DNA of 39,326 nt. Origin: Clostridia bacterium. GTDB lineage: Bacteria; Bacillota; Clostridia; TANB77; CAG-465. Every line of letters starts with the position of its first letter. Position 1 is the stretch's first letter. The stretch covers positions 1-39,326 of the forward strand of contig JAVXNL010000002.1 in NCBI GenBank assembly GCA_036645795.1, written 5' to 3'. The notes beneath the pieces are model-generated. The model was not told the origin of the DNA and did not search any database. It saw nothing but the letters and a program-made list of their open reading frames with translations. The position numbers and the translations under genes were made by a program. This document shows, one piece after another, positions 26,537 to 36,967 of the stretch.

Positions 26537-26563
26537 GGTGTTCGGCTTCATTTACAATTCGCC
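26537..26563 (-). repeat. Conserved GC-rich intergenic motif, copy 2 (minus strand GGCGAATTGTAAATGAAGCCGAACACC)
   Basis: Matches 158..185 in inverted orientation. Its ATGAAGC segment can pair with GCTTCAT at 26499..26505 on the same strand. Confidence 0.5.
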
Positions 26564-26685
26564 TTATTTCTAATATCCTTATTACAATATTAGTATTTAT
26601 ATAAACAAATACTAGCGCTTTACAAAAACCTATATTAGTTAGTAACTTTGATTTTATTTTTTATCTTCTTTTACTATATTTTTTG

Positions 26686-26714
26686 TTGAAAATATACATT
26701 TTATATGATATTAT
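26686..26714 (+). promoter_or_regulatory. Sigma-A promoter TTGAAA-17-TATTAT (TG-extended) for thyX
   Basis: Hexamers read directly, 25 nt upstream of the ATG. AAGGAGA RBS. Confidence 0.55.
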
Positions 26715-26738
26715 ACAATATAAGGAGATGAAAATATT

Positions 26739-27914
26739 ATGAATGTAAATTTAATAGCTTACTTAAACGTGACAAAAGATAAAAAAAGCTTTGATCTAGA
26801 AGAAGCAGAACTGTTTTCAGCCAAGATGGCAGGAGTTTGCTATATGGAATCCTCATTTAATGATTTAATAAATGAAGATATACAAAATACAAGAAAAAGA
26901 TTAAATGGAGTTTTGAAATCAGGCCATCATAGTGTTTTTGATCATTACAAATTAACTTTTGAACTATCTTCTATCCCAAAGATTATTGCAATGATTTTAA
27001 ATAACGAAAATGATTATGCGACTTCTGAGAAGTCTGCAAGATATACACATTTTTCAAATTTACCCAAAATACAAAGTGAACTATACTGTAAATGGTTTGA
27101 TAAACTAAAAGTGATTATTAAAGATACCTATCCAAAACTCTATGATGAAACAAAAAAAGAACCCTATAAGCAAATAGAAAAACTTGCTCAAGAAAATGCT
27201 AGATACTTTATTTCTATATTTACCCCCTTAACTACAATGATATATACAACTTCTCTTAGACAATTAAACTATATTTTGTATATGTGCAAAGATTATATTA
27301 AATATCACGAAAAAAATAATTTTAATGAAAATCTTGTTCCATTACTTGAAGAACTTGTGGAGTATTTTAAAGAGTATATTATACCTGAATTAATTCCAAA
27401 AGGGAAAAATAGACATTTATCTTTATTTGGTAATCCTAAATACAAGGATTTAGAAGAAATATTTTCATATGTATATCAAACAAATTATGAAGCTTCATTT
27501 TCTTGTCTTGCTCAAATACAAAGACATAGAAGTGAAAATGTTTTCATATATATGCTAGACGAATTTAAGTTTTACACACCAGAAATTCTTACTGATAAAA
27601 ATTTAATTGAAGAGTGGATGCGTGATGCAAAGAGTGTAAAAGATAATTTCCCTCAAGGAATGCTTGTGAAAATAATACAAACCGGAAATATTGATACATT
27701 ACTTTTAAAAGCAAGAGAACGAGTTTGTGGTAAAACTCAGCTAGAAACTATGAGACATACTGTTGATATACTTCAAAGGTATGCTACAAACTCAAAATAT
27801 TCAGATTCTATTACAGATATTACAAATAACAAAAAAGCTAAATGTAGCTTTTCTAACGGTGTTTGTGATTCTCCATGTTTTATGAAATCAGATCAATTTA
27901 ACAGACATATATAA
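26739..27914 (+). CDS. thyX: Flavin-dependent thymidylate synthase ThyX-like, long internally duplicated form (391 aa)
   Basis: LKSGHHSVFDHYKLTFEL, SEKSARY and ENARYFISIFTPLTT...LRQLNYILYM resemble the ThyX fold. A second partial repeat carries FSCLAQIQRHR. Confidence 0.7.
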   Translation: MNVNLIAYLNVTKDKKSFDLEEAELFSAKMAGVCYMESSFNDLINEDIQNTRKRLNGVLKSGHHSVFDHYKLTFELSSIPKIIAMILNNENDYATSEKSARYTHFSNLPKIQSELYCKWFDKLKVIIKDTYPKLYDETKKEPYKQIEKLAQENARYFISIFTPLTTMIYTTSLRQLNYILYMCKDYIKYHEKNNFNENLVPLLEELVEYFKEYIIPELIPKGKNRHLSLFGNPKYKDLEEIFSYVYQTNYEASFSCLAQIQRHRSENVFIYMLDEFKFYTPEILTDKNLIEEWMRDAKSVKDNFPQGMLVKIIQTGNIDTLLLKARERVCGKTQLETMRHTVDILQRYATNSKYSDSITDITNNKKAKCSFSNGVCDSPCFMKSDQFNRHI

Positions 27915-27918
27915 ACTT

Positions 27919-27948
27919 AAAGACTGTACAATAAATAGTACAGTCTTT
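27919..27948 (+). terminator. Rho-independent terminator of thyX
   Basis: AAAGACTGTAC / GTACAGTCTTT stem followed by TCTTATC. Confidence 0.65.
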
Positions 27949-27999
27949 TCTTATCGCTATATATTTTTTAGATTTGTGCGACAAATTTACAAAAAAATA

Positions 28000-28023
28000 G
28001 TGAGAGAAATTATTTTCCCTCAC
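28000..28023 (-). terminator. Terminator of ftsH
   Basis: GTGAGGG / CTCTCAC stem (one mismatch) followed on the minus strand by TATTTTTTTG. Confidence 0.5.
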
Positions 28024-28048
28024 ATATGTTATACACCCCAGTTTTTTA

Positions 28049-29860
28049 CTATTCACTAAATATAGCTTCAAATTCTTCCGCGCCCATTTTTTCTTTTTCT
28101 AACAATGTTTCTGCCACTTTGTGTAGTTTGTCAATATTATCTTTTAAAAGTCTTTCTGCATACTTATAAGCTCTAGATATTATGCTTTGAACTTCATCAT
28201 CAATTTGCGCAGCTATTTTTTCACTATAGTTTCTTTGATTATTCATATCTCTTCCTAAGAACACTTCTTCTTGTGTCTCTCCAAATGTAATTGGTCCTAA
28301 TTTATCTGACATACCATATTTTGTAACCATACTTCTAGCTATTTTACTTGCTCTTTCTATATCACTTGACGCTCCTGTACTAATATCATCTAATATTAAT
28401 TGCTCTGCAACTCTTCCTCCAAGTAGTGATACAATATGTTCGTTCATCTCAGATTTTGATTTATAACTTTTATCCTCATTTGGTTTATACATTGTGTATC
28501 CACCAGCCATTCCTCTAGGTATAATAGATATCTGATGTACCGTATCATGTGTTGGTAAAAACCTTGATACAACCGCATGCCCAGCTTCATGGTATGCAGT
28601 AAGCTTCTTTTCTTTATCACTTATTATTTTACTTCGTTTCTCTGGCCCCATCATAACTTTTACAACAGCTTCTTCTACATCTGCTATGTTAACTTTCTTT
28701 TTGTTTTTCCTTGCGGCTAAAAGAGTTGCTTCGTTTATCATATTCTCTAAATCTGCGCCTGTAAATCCTGCTGTGTTTTTTGCAACTATTTTAAAATCTA
28801 TTCCACTTACAAATGGTTTGTTTTTAGCATGCAATTTAAGAATTTCTTCTCTTGCTCCTATATCTGGTTCATGAACAACTATTTGTCTATCAAATCTTCC
28901 AGGTCTAAGTAATGCTGGATCTAGTATATCTGGTCTATTGGTTGCAGCCATTACAATTATACTCTCATGAGTTGCAAAACCATCCATTTCAACAAGCAGC
29001 TGATTTAATGTTTGTTCTCTTTCATCATGTCCTCCGCCAACACCTGCTCCTCTATGACGCCCAACAGCATCAATTTCATCTATAAATATTATACATGGTG
29101 AATTTTTCTTTGCTTCATCAAATAAATCTCTTACTCGAGATGCACCTACGCCCACAAACATCTCAACAAAGTCTGAACCACTTATTGAGAAAAATGGTAC
29201 ATTAGCTTCTCCTGCAACAGCTTTTGCGAGTAAAGTTTTTCCTGTTCCAGGCTGTCCAACAAGCAATATTCCTTTTGGAATTCTTGCACCCATATCTAAG
29301 TATTTTTTGGGGCTTTTTAAAAATTCCACTTCTTCTTCCAATTCTTCTTTTTCTTCTTTAAGACCAGCTACATTTTCAAATGTAACTTTGTTTTTTGTAT
29401 CTTTATCTACCATCTTTGCTTTATTTTTACCAAAATTCATTGCTTTGTTATTACCCTCGCCTGTCTTTTTTATCATATATACAAATATAAATAAAGTACC
29501 CACGAGTAATAGTATATTAGGTATCAATGGTGCAAGCGCTTCAAATGCAGATTCACTTGCAACTTTTAGTTCAAGTTCTCCCGCTGTAACTTTAGGCTCA
29601 ACAGTATCCATAAAAGATGATGTCGAAGGAATTGCCACAATCCTTGTAACATTCTCTTCGTTTTTTAGCTTTACTTCTGCTGTTTGTCTATCATTTTTTA
29701 GAGTCATACTTGCGACAGTTTTTTCCTCTATCTTTTGCATAAGCTCTGTATATGACATCTCTTTTGTAGTACCACTACTTAAAAATGATATTGCATACAT
29801 TGCTATTCCTATAATTAAAACATAAGTTATTAGTGTCCTTAATATTCCTTTTTTCTTCAT
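28049..29860 (-). CDS. ftsH: ATP-dependent zinc metalloprotease FtsH
   Basis: Two TM segments, AAA+ motifs [13 protein letters not shown] and IIFIDEIDA, and the HEAGH zinc site. Confidence 0.97.
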   Translation of the reverse strand: MKKKGILRTLITYVLIIGIAMYAISFLSSGTTKEMSYTELMQKIEEKTVASMTLKNDRQTAEVKLKNEENVTRIVAIPSTSSFMDTVEPKVTAGELELKVASESAFEALAPLIPNILLLVGTLFIFVYMIKKTGEGNNKAMNFGKNKAKMVDKDTKNKVTFENVAGLKEEKEELEEEVEFLKSPKKYLDMGARIPKGILLVGQPGTGKTLLAKAVAGEANVPFFSISGSDFVEMFVGVGASRVRDLFDEAKKNSPCIIFIDEIDAVGRHRGAGVGGGHDEREQTLNQLLVEMDGFATHESIIVMAATNRPDILDPALLRPGRFDRQIVVHEPDIGAREEILKLHAKNKPFVSGIDFKIVAKNTAGFTGADLENMINEATLLAARKNKKKVNIADVEEAVVKVMMGPEKRSKIISDKEKKLTAYHEAGHAVVSRFLPTHDTVHQISIIPRGMAGGYTMYKPNEDKSYKSKSEMNEHIVSLLGGRVAEQLILDDISTGASSDIERASKIARSMVTKYGMSDKLGPITFGETQEEVFLGRDMNNQRNYSEKIAAQIDDEVQSIISRAYKYAERLLKDNIDKLHKVAETLLEKEKMGAEEFEAIFSE

Positions 29861-29880
29861 TTTTCCTCCCTTATTATATA

Positions 29881-30963
29881 TTAATATATAATTGCAATGT
29901 TTTTTTCTGTAATCTTAATTGTAAATTTATTTCCAATTATATATTTTTTACCTTTGATATTTTTTTCAAGCAATTTTAAAATATCTATTACATGTATATT
30001 CTCTATTCCATCTAAATTACACATTTTATACTCTATTATTTTCCTTATTGCTCTCATTTTTATAGCAGAATGTTCTTTTAAAATATTATCAAATCTAAAA
30101 TATATCTTATCTATACTTTTATTATCTTTAATACTTTCATCAATTATACATTCGTCTACAATATTATTTGTATATTTACTTAAAAAATCTTCATCTAGCT
30201 TTAAAATATTTTTCATTCTAGTTATATTTTTTAATATATTAGAATTATATTCGCTTTTAAGTGTTGGTATTAACTTTAATCTTAATTTATTTCTAATATA
30301 TATTTCTTGTTCGTTTGTCTTATCAAAACAAGGATTTAGATTTTTCAATATATTATACTCTAAAATTTTACTTTTTTCAAGTGTTAAGAGCGGTCTTATT
30401 ATATTTTTAAATATATAATCCATTCCAATAAGTCCTTTTAGCCCACAACCCCTTATAATATTTAATATTATTGTTTCTACATTATCATCTAAATTATGTG
30501 CTACCGCTATTTTATTTGAATTTGTTTCTAATAAAATTTTTTCAAAAAATTCATAACGCACTTTTCTGCCACAGGTTTCTTCTGAGAGTTTTAATTTTTT
30601 AGAAAGTTTCGGTACATTTTCTTCTAAATAAAAAAAAGGAATATTTATATTTCCACAAAAATTTTCAACATATGTTTTTTCTTGTTTAGACTCTTCTCTT
30701 ATCCCATGATTTACATGCGCTACTACCATTTTATAGTCTATATTATGCTCTTTTGAAAATATAGGTTGTAATTCATAAAGTATATTTAAAAGACACATAG
30801 AATCAGGCCCACCCGATACCGCTACTACAATTTTATCTCCATTTTCTATTAGTTTGTTTTCTATAATTATATTTAGCACATCTTTTTCAAATTCTTGTAA
30901 TTTCTTATCTGAATTTAAATATTCTTCTATATTATTTTTTTCTTTTAATATTTTATCCTGCAT
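29881..30963 (-). CDS. tilS: tRNA(Ile)-lysidine synthase TilS (short form, 360 aa)
   Basis: PP-loop [13 protein letters not shown]. Position upstream of ftsH is typical. Confidence 0.88.
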   Translation of the reverse strand: MQDKILKEKNNIEEYLNSDKKLQEFEKDVLNIIIENKLIENGDKIVVAVSGGPDSMCLLNILYELQPIFSKEHNIDYKMVVAHVNHGIREESKQEKTYVENFCGNINIPFFYLEENVPKLSKKLKLSEETCGRKVRYEFFEKILLETNSNKIAVAHNLDDNVETIILNIIRGCGLKGLIGMDYIFKNIIRPLLTLEKSKILEYNILKNLNPCFDKTNEQEIYIRNKLRLKLIPTLKSEYNSNILKNITRMKNILKLDEDFLSKYTNNIVDECIIDESIKDNKSIDKIYFRFDNILKEHSAIKMRAIRKIIEYKMCNLDGIENIHVIDILKLLEKNIKGKKYIIGNKFTIKITEKNIAIIY

Positions 30964-31037
30964 CTACTTTTTTATTCACTTCCTTATATATTTATACTAC
31001 TACTATTATACTTTATATTGATTAATATTTATCACTT

Positions 31038-32390
31038 TTATTGTTGCTCTGGTCCTCTGTATAGATTGGCAAATTTTGTATATTGACCAAGCCATGCAAG
31101 TTCTACTGTTCCTGTAGACCCATTCCTATTTTTTGCAATAATTACTTCTGCTACATTTTTATTTTCGGTTTCAGCGTCATAATAATCTTCTCTATGTAAA
31201 AACATAACTATATCCGCATCTTGCTCGATTGCACCAGATTCTCTTAGATCACTAAGCATTGGTCTATGATCAACCCTTGATTCTGTAGCACGACTAAGTT
31301 GTGAGAGTGCTATTACAGGAATTGATAATTCTTTTGCAAGTATTTTTAATGAACGACTAATCTCGGATATTTCTTGTTGTCTTGAAGGGCTTTTAGTTTT
31401 TGATTCCATAAGTTGCAAATAATCTATTACTACAAGACCTATATTTTTTTCTAATTTTGCTTTCCTACATTTCGCTCTAAGTTCTGCAGATGAAAGGCCT
31501 GGTGTATCATCAATATATAGTGGTAACTCTGAGAGTCTTCCACTTGCTTGTCCAAGTTTTAACCATTCTTCACTAGTAAGGTCTGCATTTCTTATCTTCA
31601 TGTTGTCTACTTCTGCTTCACTAGATAATATTCTGTTAACCATTTGTTCTTTTGACATTTCTAGACTAAACACCATTACTGGTGTTTTTTGATGCATTGC
31701 AACAAAATTTGCTATATTTAGCATAAATGCAGATTTTCCCATTGCTGGTCTTGCTGCAATTATTATTAGATCAGCTGGATTTAGTCCTGAAGTTTTAGTA
31801 TCAAGATCTACAAAACCCGATTCTATTCCAGATACTTTTCCTTTATTTTGATACATAGCCTCTATTGCGTCAAAAGCCGTTATGAGGACTTCTTTCATGC
31901 TTGAATATCCTTTAGAATTTCTATTTTGTAATACATCAAAGACTTTTTTTTCTGTAGATTCTATTATAGCATCTACTTCTTCTGTTTGAGCATACCCCAT
32001 TTTAAGGATTTCATTTGCAACTTTGATTAGCTTTCTTATTACTGATTTTTCTTCTACTATCTTTACATAATTTTCAATATTTGCTATGGCAGGTACATTA
32101 TCTATTAATGTTGCAATATATTGACTATCGCCTACTTTTTCTAATGTGCCACGAAGCTTTAATTGTTCACGAAGAGTTATCATATCGATTTGTTTTCCAA
32201 GTCCATATAATTCAAACATTGTTGCATATATTTCTTTATTATCTTCTCTATAAAAGTCTTCTGGTTTTAATAGTTCTACTGCGGCTACTACAGAATCTTT
32301 ATCTACAAGCATTGAACCTAAAACAGCTTGCTCTGCAATAGTATCATTTGGTTGAACTTTACTTCCTGCTTCGTTTTCCACATCTATCAC
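31038..32390 (-). CDS. dnaB: Replicative DNA helicase (DnaB family; DnaC in Bacillus nomenclature)
   Basis: AEQAVLGSML N-domain, ARPAMGKSAF Walker A, VVIDYLQLM, and SRQQEISEISRSLKILAKEL. Confidence 0.96.
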   Translation of the reverse strand: MIDVENEAGSKVQPNDTIAEQAVLGSMLVDKDSVVAAVELLKPEDFYREDNKEIYATMFELYGLGKQIDMITLREQLKLRGTLEKVGDSQYIATLIDNVPAIANIENYVKIVEEKSVIRKLIKVANEILKMGYAQTEEVDAIIESTEKKVFDVLQNRNSKGYSSMKEVLITAFDAIEAMYQNKGKVSGIESGFVDLDTKTSGLNPADLIIIAARPAMGKSAFMLNIANFVAMHQKTPVMVFSLEMSKEQMVNRILSSEAEVDNMKIRNADLTSEEWLKLGQASGRLSELPLYIDDTPGLSSAELRAKCRKAKLEKNIGLVVIDYLQLMESKTKSPSRQQEISEISRSLKILAKELSIPVIALSQLSRATESRVDHRPMLSDLRESGAIEQDADIVMFLHREDYYDAETENKNVAEVIIAKNRNGSTGTVELAWLGQYTKFANLYRGPEQQ

Positions 32391-32423
32391 CTACCTATAT
32401 TTATCTGTTTATTTTTGCATTTG

Positions 32424-32870
32424 CTATATTGCATTAACTGTTACTTTTAAATTTGCACTTATACCTTCATATAACTTTATACTTACTGTATAAGTCCCTG
32501 TTTGTTTTATCTGTGTTTTTATTTCAATCTTTTTTTTGCTTATCTGTATATTAAACTTTTCTTTTATTTTTTCAGCTATTTCTTTTTCAGTCACGCTACC
32601 AAATAATTTTCCAGCTTCTCCTGTTTTATGTCTAAATTCTATATTTGATTTTTCTATTTTTAATTTTAGTTCATTTGCTGCATTTATTTCAGTTTGCTTT
32701 TTAAATTTTTGTGATTCAAGCTTAGTTCTTGCTTCGCTTGATGCTTTGTTATCTGCTAAAATAGCAAGTTTTTTTGGTAGCAAATAATTTCTAGCATATC
32801 CCTCGCTTACATTTACAGTTTGTAATTTTTTGCCTATTCCTTTTACATCTTCACTAAGTATTACTTTCAT
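32424..32870 (-). CDS. rplI: 50S ribosomal protein L9
   Basis: MKVILSEDVKGIGKK...VNVSEGYARNYLLPKKLA. Confidence 0.96.
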   Translation of the reverse strand: MKVILSEDVKGIGKKLQTVNVSEGYARNYLLPKKLAILADNKASSEARTKLESQKFKKQTEINAANELKLKIEKSNIEFRHKTGEAGKLFGSVTEKEIAEKIKEKFNIQISKKKIEIKTQIKQTGTYTVSIKLYEGISANLKVTVNAI

Positions 32871-32945
32871 ATTCCCTCCTATTTTTATTCTTTTATCTCA
32901 TTTTCTATCAAATTGTTTTTATTATACTTTTTATTTTCACCTTTT

Positions 32946-34922
32946 TTATTGCTCTTTACCAAAATACTCATCTATACTTTTAAGTAGCTTTTTCTTTGCT
33001 TCATCTATTGTAATTCCTGCAATTTGTGCTCCTGCAAAAGTTAAATGTCCACCTCCACCTATTGTTTCCATTATAGACTGAACATTAACATCTCCCATAG
33101 AACGCCCCGAAATCATTACTACATCATCTACTTTGCATAATACAAATGATGCTATTATTCCAGAAATTGAGAGTAGCTCATCCGCTGCTTGAGCTGCAAT
33201 AATTGGCATATCTTCATACGTTTCCTCTGATGTAGATACTGCAATTTTTCCTTTTAATATTTCCGCATTTTTTACAATATCAATTTTTGCTATATATGTT
33301 TCAAAATCACTTTGAAATAATTGTTTTACTTCTGTTAAATCAATACCGAATCTTTTTAAATATGCTGCAACTTCAAAAGTTCTTACTCCTGTTTTAAATA
33401 TAAAATTTTTAGTATCCACAACAATGCCTGCATAAAGACTTTCAGCTTCTGCACTTGTTAAGTTTATATTATCTAAATACATTAAAATTTCTGTGACAAG
33501 TTCTGCTGTTGAAGATGCATATATTTCATGGTATGTAAGTAATGCATTTTCTATAAACTCAGGACCTCTTCTATGATGATCAATTATCACGACTTTTTCA
33601 AATAAATCTAACATATCTGGAAAAGCTAAATATGATTTTTTATGAGTATCTAAAACAATTAGTAGTGAATTCGAAAAATCCACTTTTTTTAAATCGTTTG
33701 GTGTTACAAATGCATTCTCATATTTTTTATCTGTTTTTACCCTATCAATTATGCTTTTAGTGCTCGCATTACATTTTGAATCTATAATAATATTTGCTTG
33801 TCTATTTAGCGATGTTGCCATTTTATATATTCCCACCGCTGCTCCTACGCAATCTATATCTGAATTTTTGTGACCCATTATATATATTTTGTCTGACTTT
33901 TCCATTATTTCTCTTAGAGCTTGTGCTATTGTTCTAGCTCTTACTCTACTTGTTTTTTCAAGACCTAAATTAGAACCCCCATAAAAATCAAATTTTTTTT
34001 CTTTTTTTACAACAACTTGATCTCCTCCACGTCCTAAAGCAATATCTAAAGCTGAGGTACTAGCTTTATATCGTTGTTCTAAAGTAGACTCTGTGTAAGA
34101 GAGCCCAAGAGATACAGTTATCGGTAATTTAGTTATATCTGTTATATTTCTTACTTTTTCAAGTATTTCAAAAGTACTCTCTTCCATCTTATCTACAAAT
34201 TGTTTTTCTACAAAAACCACGTACCTATCTTTATCTATCTTGGTAAGAACTCCCTTGTGTCCATTTACCCATTCTCTAATCTCTTTTGCAATCTTAGATG
34301 TAATTTCTGCTTTTTGGACCTCATCTAATCCCTGCATTGTTTCTTCATAATTATCTACAAATATAATACCCACAGCGACTCTTGTATTTTCTAAAACTTC
34401 TTTTAATTTACTCTCTTCTGTTTTATTTATATACGTTATAAGAGAACAATCAAATCCTGAAAATTTTATACTTTTTCCAATTGCTAAATATATCTGTCCA
34501 TTACCAATATCTAAGGTTACACTTTTGGTTGAATCTTGTTTTTTTTGTTTTTCTAATTGCAAAGCGCTATCTTGTATAAATTCTTTTGGCAAAATATGAC
34601 TAGCTATATTATTTTGCCATAATATTTGTGTAGGAGATGTCATCATTACCATTGGTATATCAATTATATTTAGACTATCTTTTAGAACTATATCTACACT
34701 TTTAGATAATTCATCTATTCTATACTTTCTACTTTTTATCTCTTTTATACAAACATATATACACCAAAGTGATGTTATAAGTATAACAATTAAATCAATA
34801 TATATAGTTGCAGGTTTTACGATACATGCTATTACAGCAAATATTATAATTAAAGATAAATATGCTATCTGTACAGAAAACACACTAAAATCAATCCATT
34901 TATTTTTTTTTATTTTTTTCAT
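32946..34922 (-). CDS. gdpP: GdpP/YybT-type c-di-AMP phosphodiesterase (2 TM, PAS-like, degenerate GGDEF, DHH-DHHA1)
   Basis: DHH motif VIIDHHRR and DHHA1 motif GGGGH. Shows the gdpP-rplI-dnaB synteny conserved in Firmicutes. Confidence 0.9.
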   Translation of the reverse strand: MKKIKKNKWIDFSVFSVQIAYLSLIIIFAVIACIVKPATIYIDLIVILITSLWCIYVCIKEIKSRKYRIDELSKSVDIVLKDSLNIIDIPMVMMTSPTQILWQNNIASHILPKEFIQDSALQLEKQKKQDSTKSVTLDIGNGQIYLAIGKSIKFSGFDCSLITYINKTEESKLKEVLENTRVAVGIIFVDNYEETMQGLDEVQKAEITSKIAKEIREWVNGHKGVLTKIDKDRYVVFVEKQFVDKMEESTFEILEKVRNITDITKLPITVSLGLSYTESTLEQRYKASTSALDIALGRGGDQVVVKKEKKFDFYGGSNLGLEKTSRVRARTIAQALREIMEKSDKIYIMGHKNSDIDCVGAAVGIYKMATSLNRQANIIIDSKCNASTKSIIDRVKTDKKYENAFVTPNDLKKVDFSNSLLIVLDTHKKSYLAFPDMLDLFEKVVIIDHHRRGPEFIENALLTYHEIYASSTAELVTEILMYLDNINLTSAEAESLYAGIVVDTKNFIFKTGVRTFEVAAYLKRFGIDLTEVKQLFQSDFETYIAKIDIVKNAEILKGKIAVSTSEETYEDMPIIAAQAADELLSISGIIASFVLCKVDDVVMISGRSMGDVNVQSIMETIGGGGHLTFAGAQIAGITIDEAKKKLLKSIDEYFGKEQ

Positions 34923-34972
34923 ATACTAAAAACATCCTTTTTTCTTCCTTTATAGTTATCTTTTACTACTCT

Positions 34973-35001
34973 ATTGTACTATCTTTCTCGTGTTTTGTCA
35001 A
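34973..35001 (-). promoter_or_regulatory. Sigma-A promoter TTGACA-17-TACAAT for gdpP-rplI-dnaB
   Basis: Consensus -35 and near-consensus -10 read on the minus strand. Confidence 0.55.
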
Positions 35002-35081
35002 GGAAATTCATGTTATTTAAGAGGTCAACATAATTTTTTTGCTATACTTGTTTAAAGAATGTTTTATAAAACTTTTATAAG

Positions 35082-35801
35082 CTAAATAGCAATATATAAC
35101 AAATACATAGCCGCCACAAATGTTATAATACCAAATAAAACTTTTAATGTATTTCCTATCTTCATATATTTGTTAGAAGCAGCAAGTCTATTTATAGTAT
35201 CTAATGATGTTACTGCAAGCATTATAACAAAACAATGCCCTAGCGAATAACAAATCATAAGTACTATTCCAAAAGTTATATTGCTACTTTTAGCAATAAA
35301 CGCAAGAATTGCAAGTAATACTGGTGTACTACAAGGTGAATCGAAAAATCCTCCAAGTATTCCTAAAAAAAACGCACCTAGAAACCCTTTTTTAAATTTT
35401 GGTATCTTACACGTATTAACATTTCTAAAAACGCCAAATAATTGCAAAGATACAATTATTAATATAAAACTAATTATCATATACCAAAAGCTACCAAATA
35501 TTTTTAACTGTGTACCAATAAGGGATGATATAACACCAATTATTGTAAAAGTTATTATTATTCCAACGCAAAAAAACACACCATAAAGAATACTCGTCCC
35601 TATTTTTTTGCTATATTTCTCCTCGCTTTTTCCATTATCTTTTTTTTCGTCTCTTAAGCCAGATATATAGCCGATTATAAGTGGAAGTGTAGACAATGTA
35701 CAAGGACTAAATGAAGAAATAAAGCCCGAAAACATAGCAATAAATATAGCAATAAACTCATTATTATATATTATATTTGAAAAACTATTTAACACTTCCA
35801 T
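35082..35801 (-). CDS. ccdA: CcdA/DsbD-family thiol-disulfide electron transporter
   Basis: Polytopic membrane protein with two conserved Cys contexts, SFSPCTLSTLPL and FDSPCSTPVLL. Confidence 0.85.
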   Translation of the reverse strand: MEVLNSFSNIIYNNEFIAIFIAMFSGFISSFSPCTLSTLPLIIGYISGLRDEKKDNGKSEEKYSKKIGTSILYGVFFCVGIIITFTIIGVISSLIGTQLKIFGSFWYMIISFILIIVSLQLFGVFRNVNTCKIPKFKKGFLGAFFLGILGGFFDSPCSTPVLLAILAFIAKSSNITFGIVLMICYSLGHCFVIMLAVTSLDTINRLAASNKYMKIGNTLKVLFGIITFVAAMYLLYIAI

Positions 35802-36222
35802 TAGCTATACTCCTTGCTTCTTCTACAAAAGCTACCATTTCTTCATTTGTCATAATTCCGGTTTTTCTTGTAATAACATTTCCTTCTTTATTTACTATAA
35901 TAAAAGTCGGCATATACATAACTCTATACTTATTTGCAAGATTTGGATTATAATCAGAATTTACTTGCTCAAAATCTAAAACATTACTATATTTCATTTT
36001 TATTTGTTGATATATAGGCTCTACTGTTTTACAAGCACCGCAGCTATTCAAAACAAATTCATACATTTTTAAATCATGTTTAATTTCTTGCTCTTTTGGT
36101 GTAAAACTTATACTCTCCATATTTTTAGACTTACTTGAAAGCTTAAATATAACAACCCCAAAAGCTATTAACACAATTACTAATATTATAATTAAATTTT
36201 TATGATTTTTTACAAAATTCAT
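35785..36222 (-). CDS. Membrane-anchored thioredoxin-like protein (CGAC active site)
   Basis: N-terminal TM segment, then VLNSCGACKTVEP and YMPTF, typical of the thioredoxin fold. Overlaps ccdA by 17 nt. Confidence 0.8.
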   Translation of the reverse strand: MNFVKNHKNLIIILVIVLIAFGVVIFKLSSKSKNMESISFTPKEQEIKHDLKMYEFVLNSCGACKTVEPIYQQIKMKYSNVLDFEQVNSDYNPNLANKYRVMYMPTFIIVNKEGNVITRKTGIMTNEEMVAFVEEARSIANGSVK

Positions 36223-36236
36223 ATATACTCTCCTAA

Positions 36237-36773
36237 CTAATAATTTACCCTATCTTCTTTATTTGCCCATTCTTCAAATGGTTTCTTTGCTACATCAGAA
36301 TCCAAATTTATTTCTTTTATAATACTATTTTTACCTTGTAAATATTCTAATATATCACTATCTATAAACCCATACTTACTTGCATATTCATACCCCACCC
36401 CATAATATATCTCAGATATTCTTGCCCAGCAACTAGTTGCAAGACACATAGGGCAAGATTTAGCAGTAGTTATTAATATACAATTCTTTAATTCAAAACT
36501 CCCTAAAATTTCACTTGCTTTTTTTATAGCATTCATCTCGGCGTGTGAAGTTGGATTATTATCTTTTACTACTGTATTTTGTGCAATTGAAATTATTTTA
36601 TATACATTATCCACCTTTTGCACAATTGCTGCACCAAACGGTCCACCTTTTCCACTGCTTACGCCCTCTATTGCAACACTTGCACAGATATCCATTGTAC
36701 ATTTTATACACTCTTCTAAAGTCTCATAAATTCTATTTTCATATTTTTCTTCATACTTTTTATTTTCAATCAT
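36237..36773 (-). CDS. Guanine deaminase-like CDA-fold zinc deaminase
   Basis: GGPFGAAIV, HAEMNAIKKA and SCPMCLATSCWARI closely resemble Bacillus GuaD-type deaminases. Confidence 0.7.
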   Translation of the reverse strand: MIENKKYEEKYENRIYETLEECIKCTMDICASVAIEGVSSGKGGPFGAAIVQKVDNVYKIISIAQNTVVKDNNPTSHAEMNAIKKASEILGSFELKNCILITTAKSCPMCLATSCWARISEIYYGVGYEYASKYGFIDSDILEYLQGKNSIIKEINLDSDVAKKPFEEWANKEDRVNY

Positions 36774-36967
36774 TTTTCAACCTCCAGCTATATATTAAAT
36801 ATATAGCTCTATAACAAAAATTACTATATATTTTTATTATTATATATTATATCATTTTAATATTTGTTATACAACTACTATTTGTTTTTTTATTTAAAAC
36901 TATAATTTATAAAAAAAAAACACCTCACATTTATTTTTTAAATAAATATAAAGTATTTCTTAACATA

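Noticed and set aside
158-26563. Reading the inverted 27-28-nt repeats as terminal inverted repeats of a 26-kb mobile element
   Set aside because: The interval contains hflX, secY and the whole S10-spc operon, with no transposase or integrase and no flanking direct repeats. A composite element is implausible.
26480-26570. A known riboswitch or leader upstream of thyX or of the paralog array
   Set aside because: Both the thyX promoter (26686..26714) and the array promoter (26454..26482) lie downstream of the motif on their respective strands, so it is probably not in either 5' UTR. I could not match the sequence to the fluoride, preQ1, ZTP, THF or guanidine consensus.
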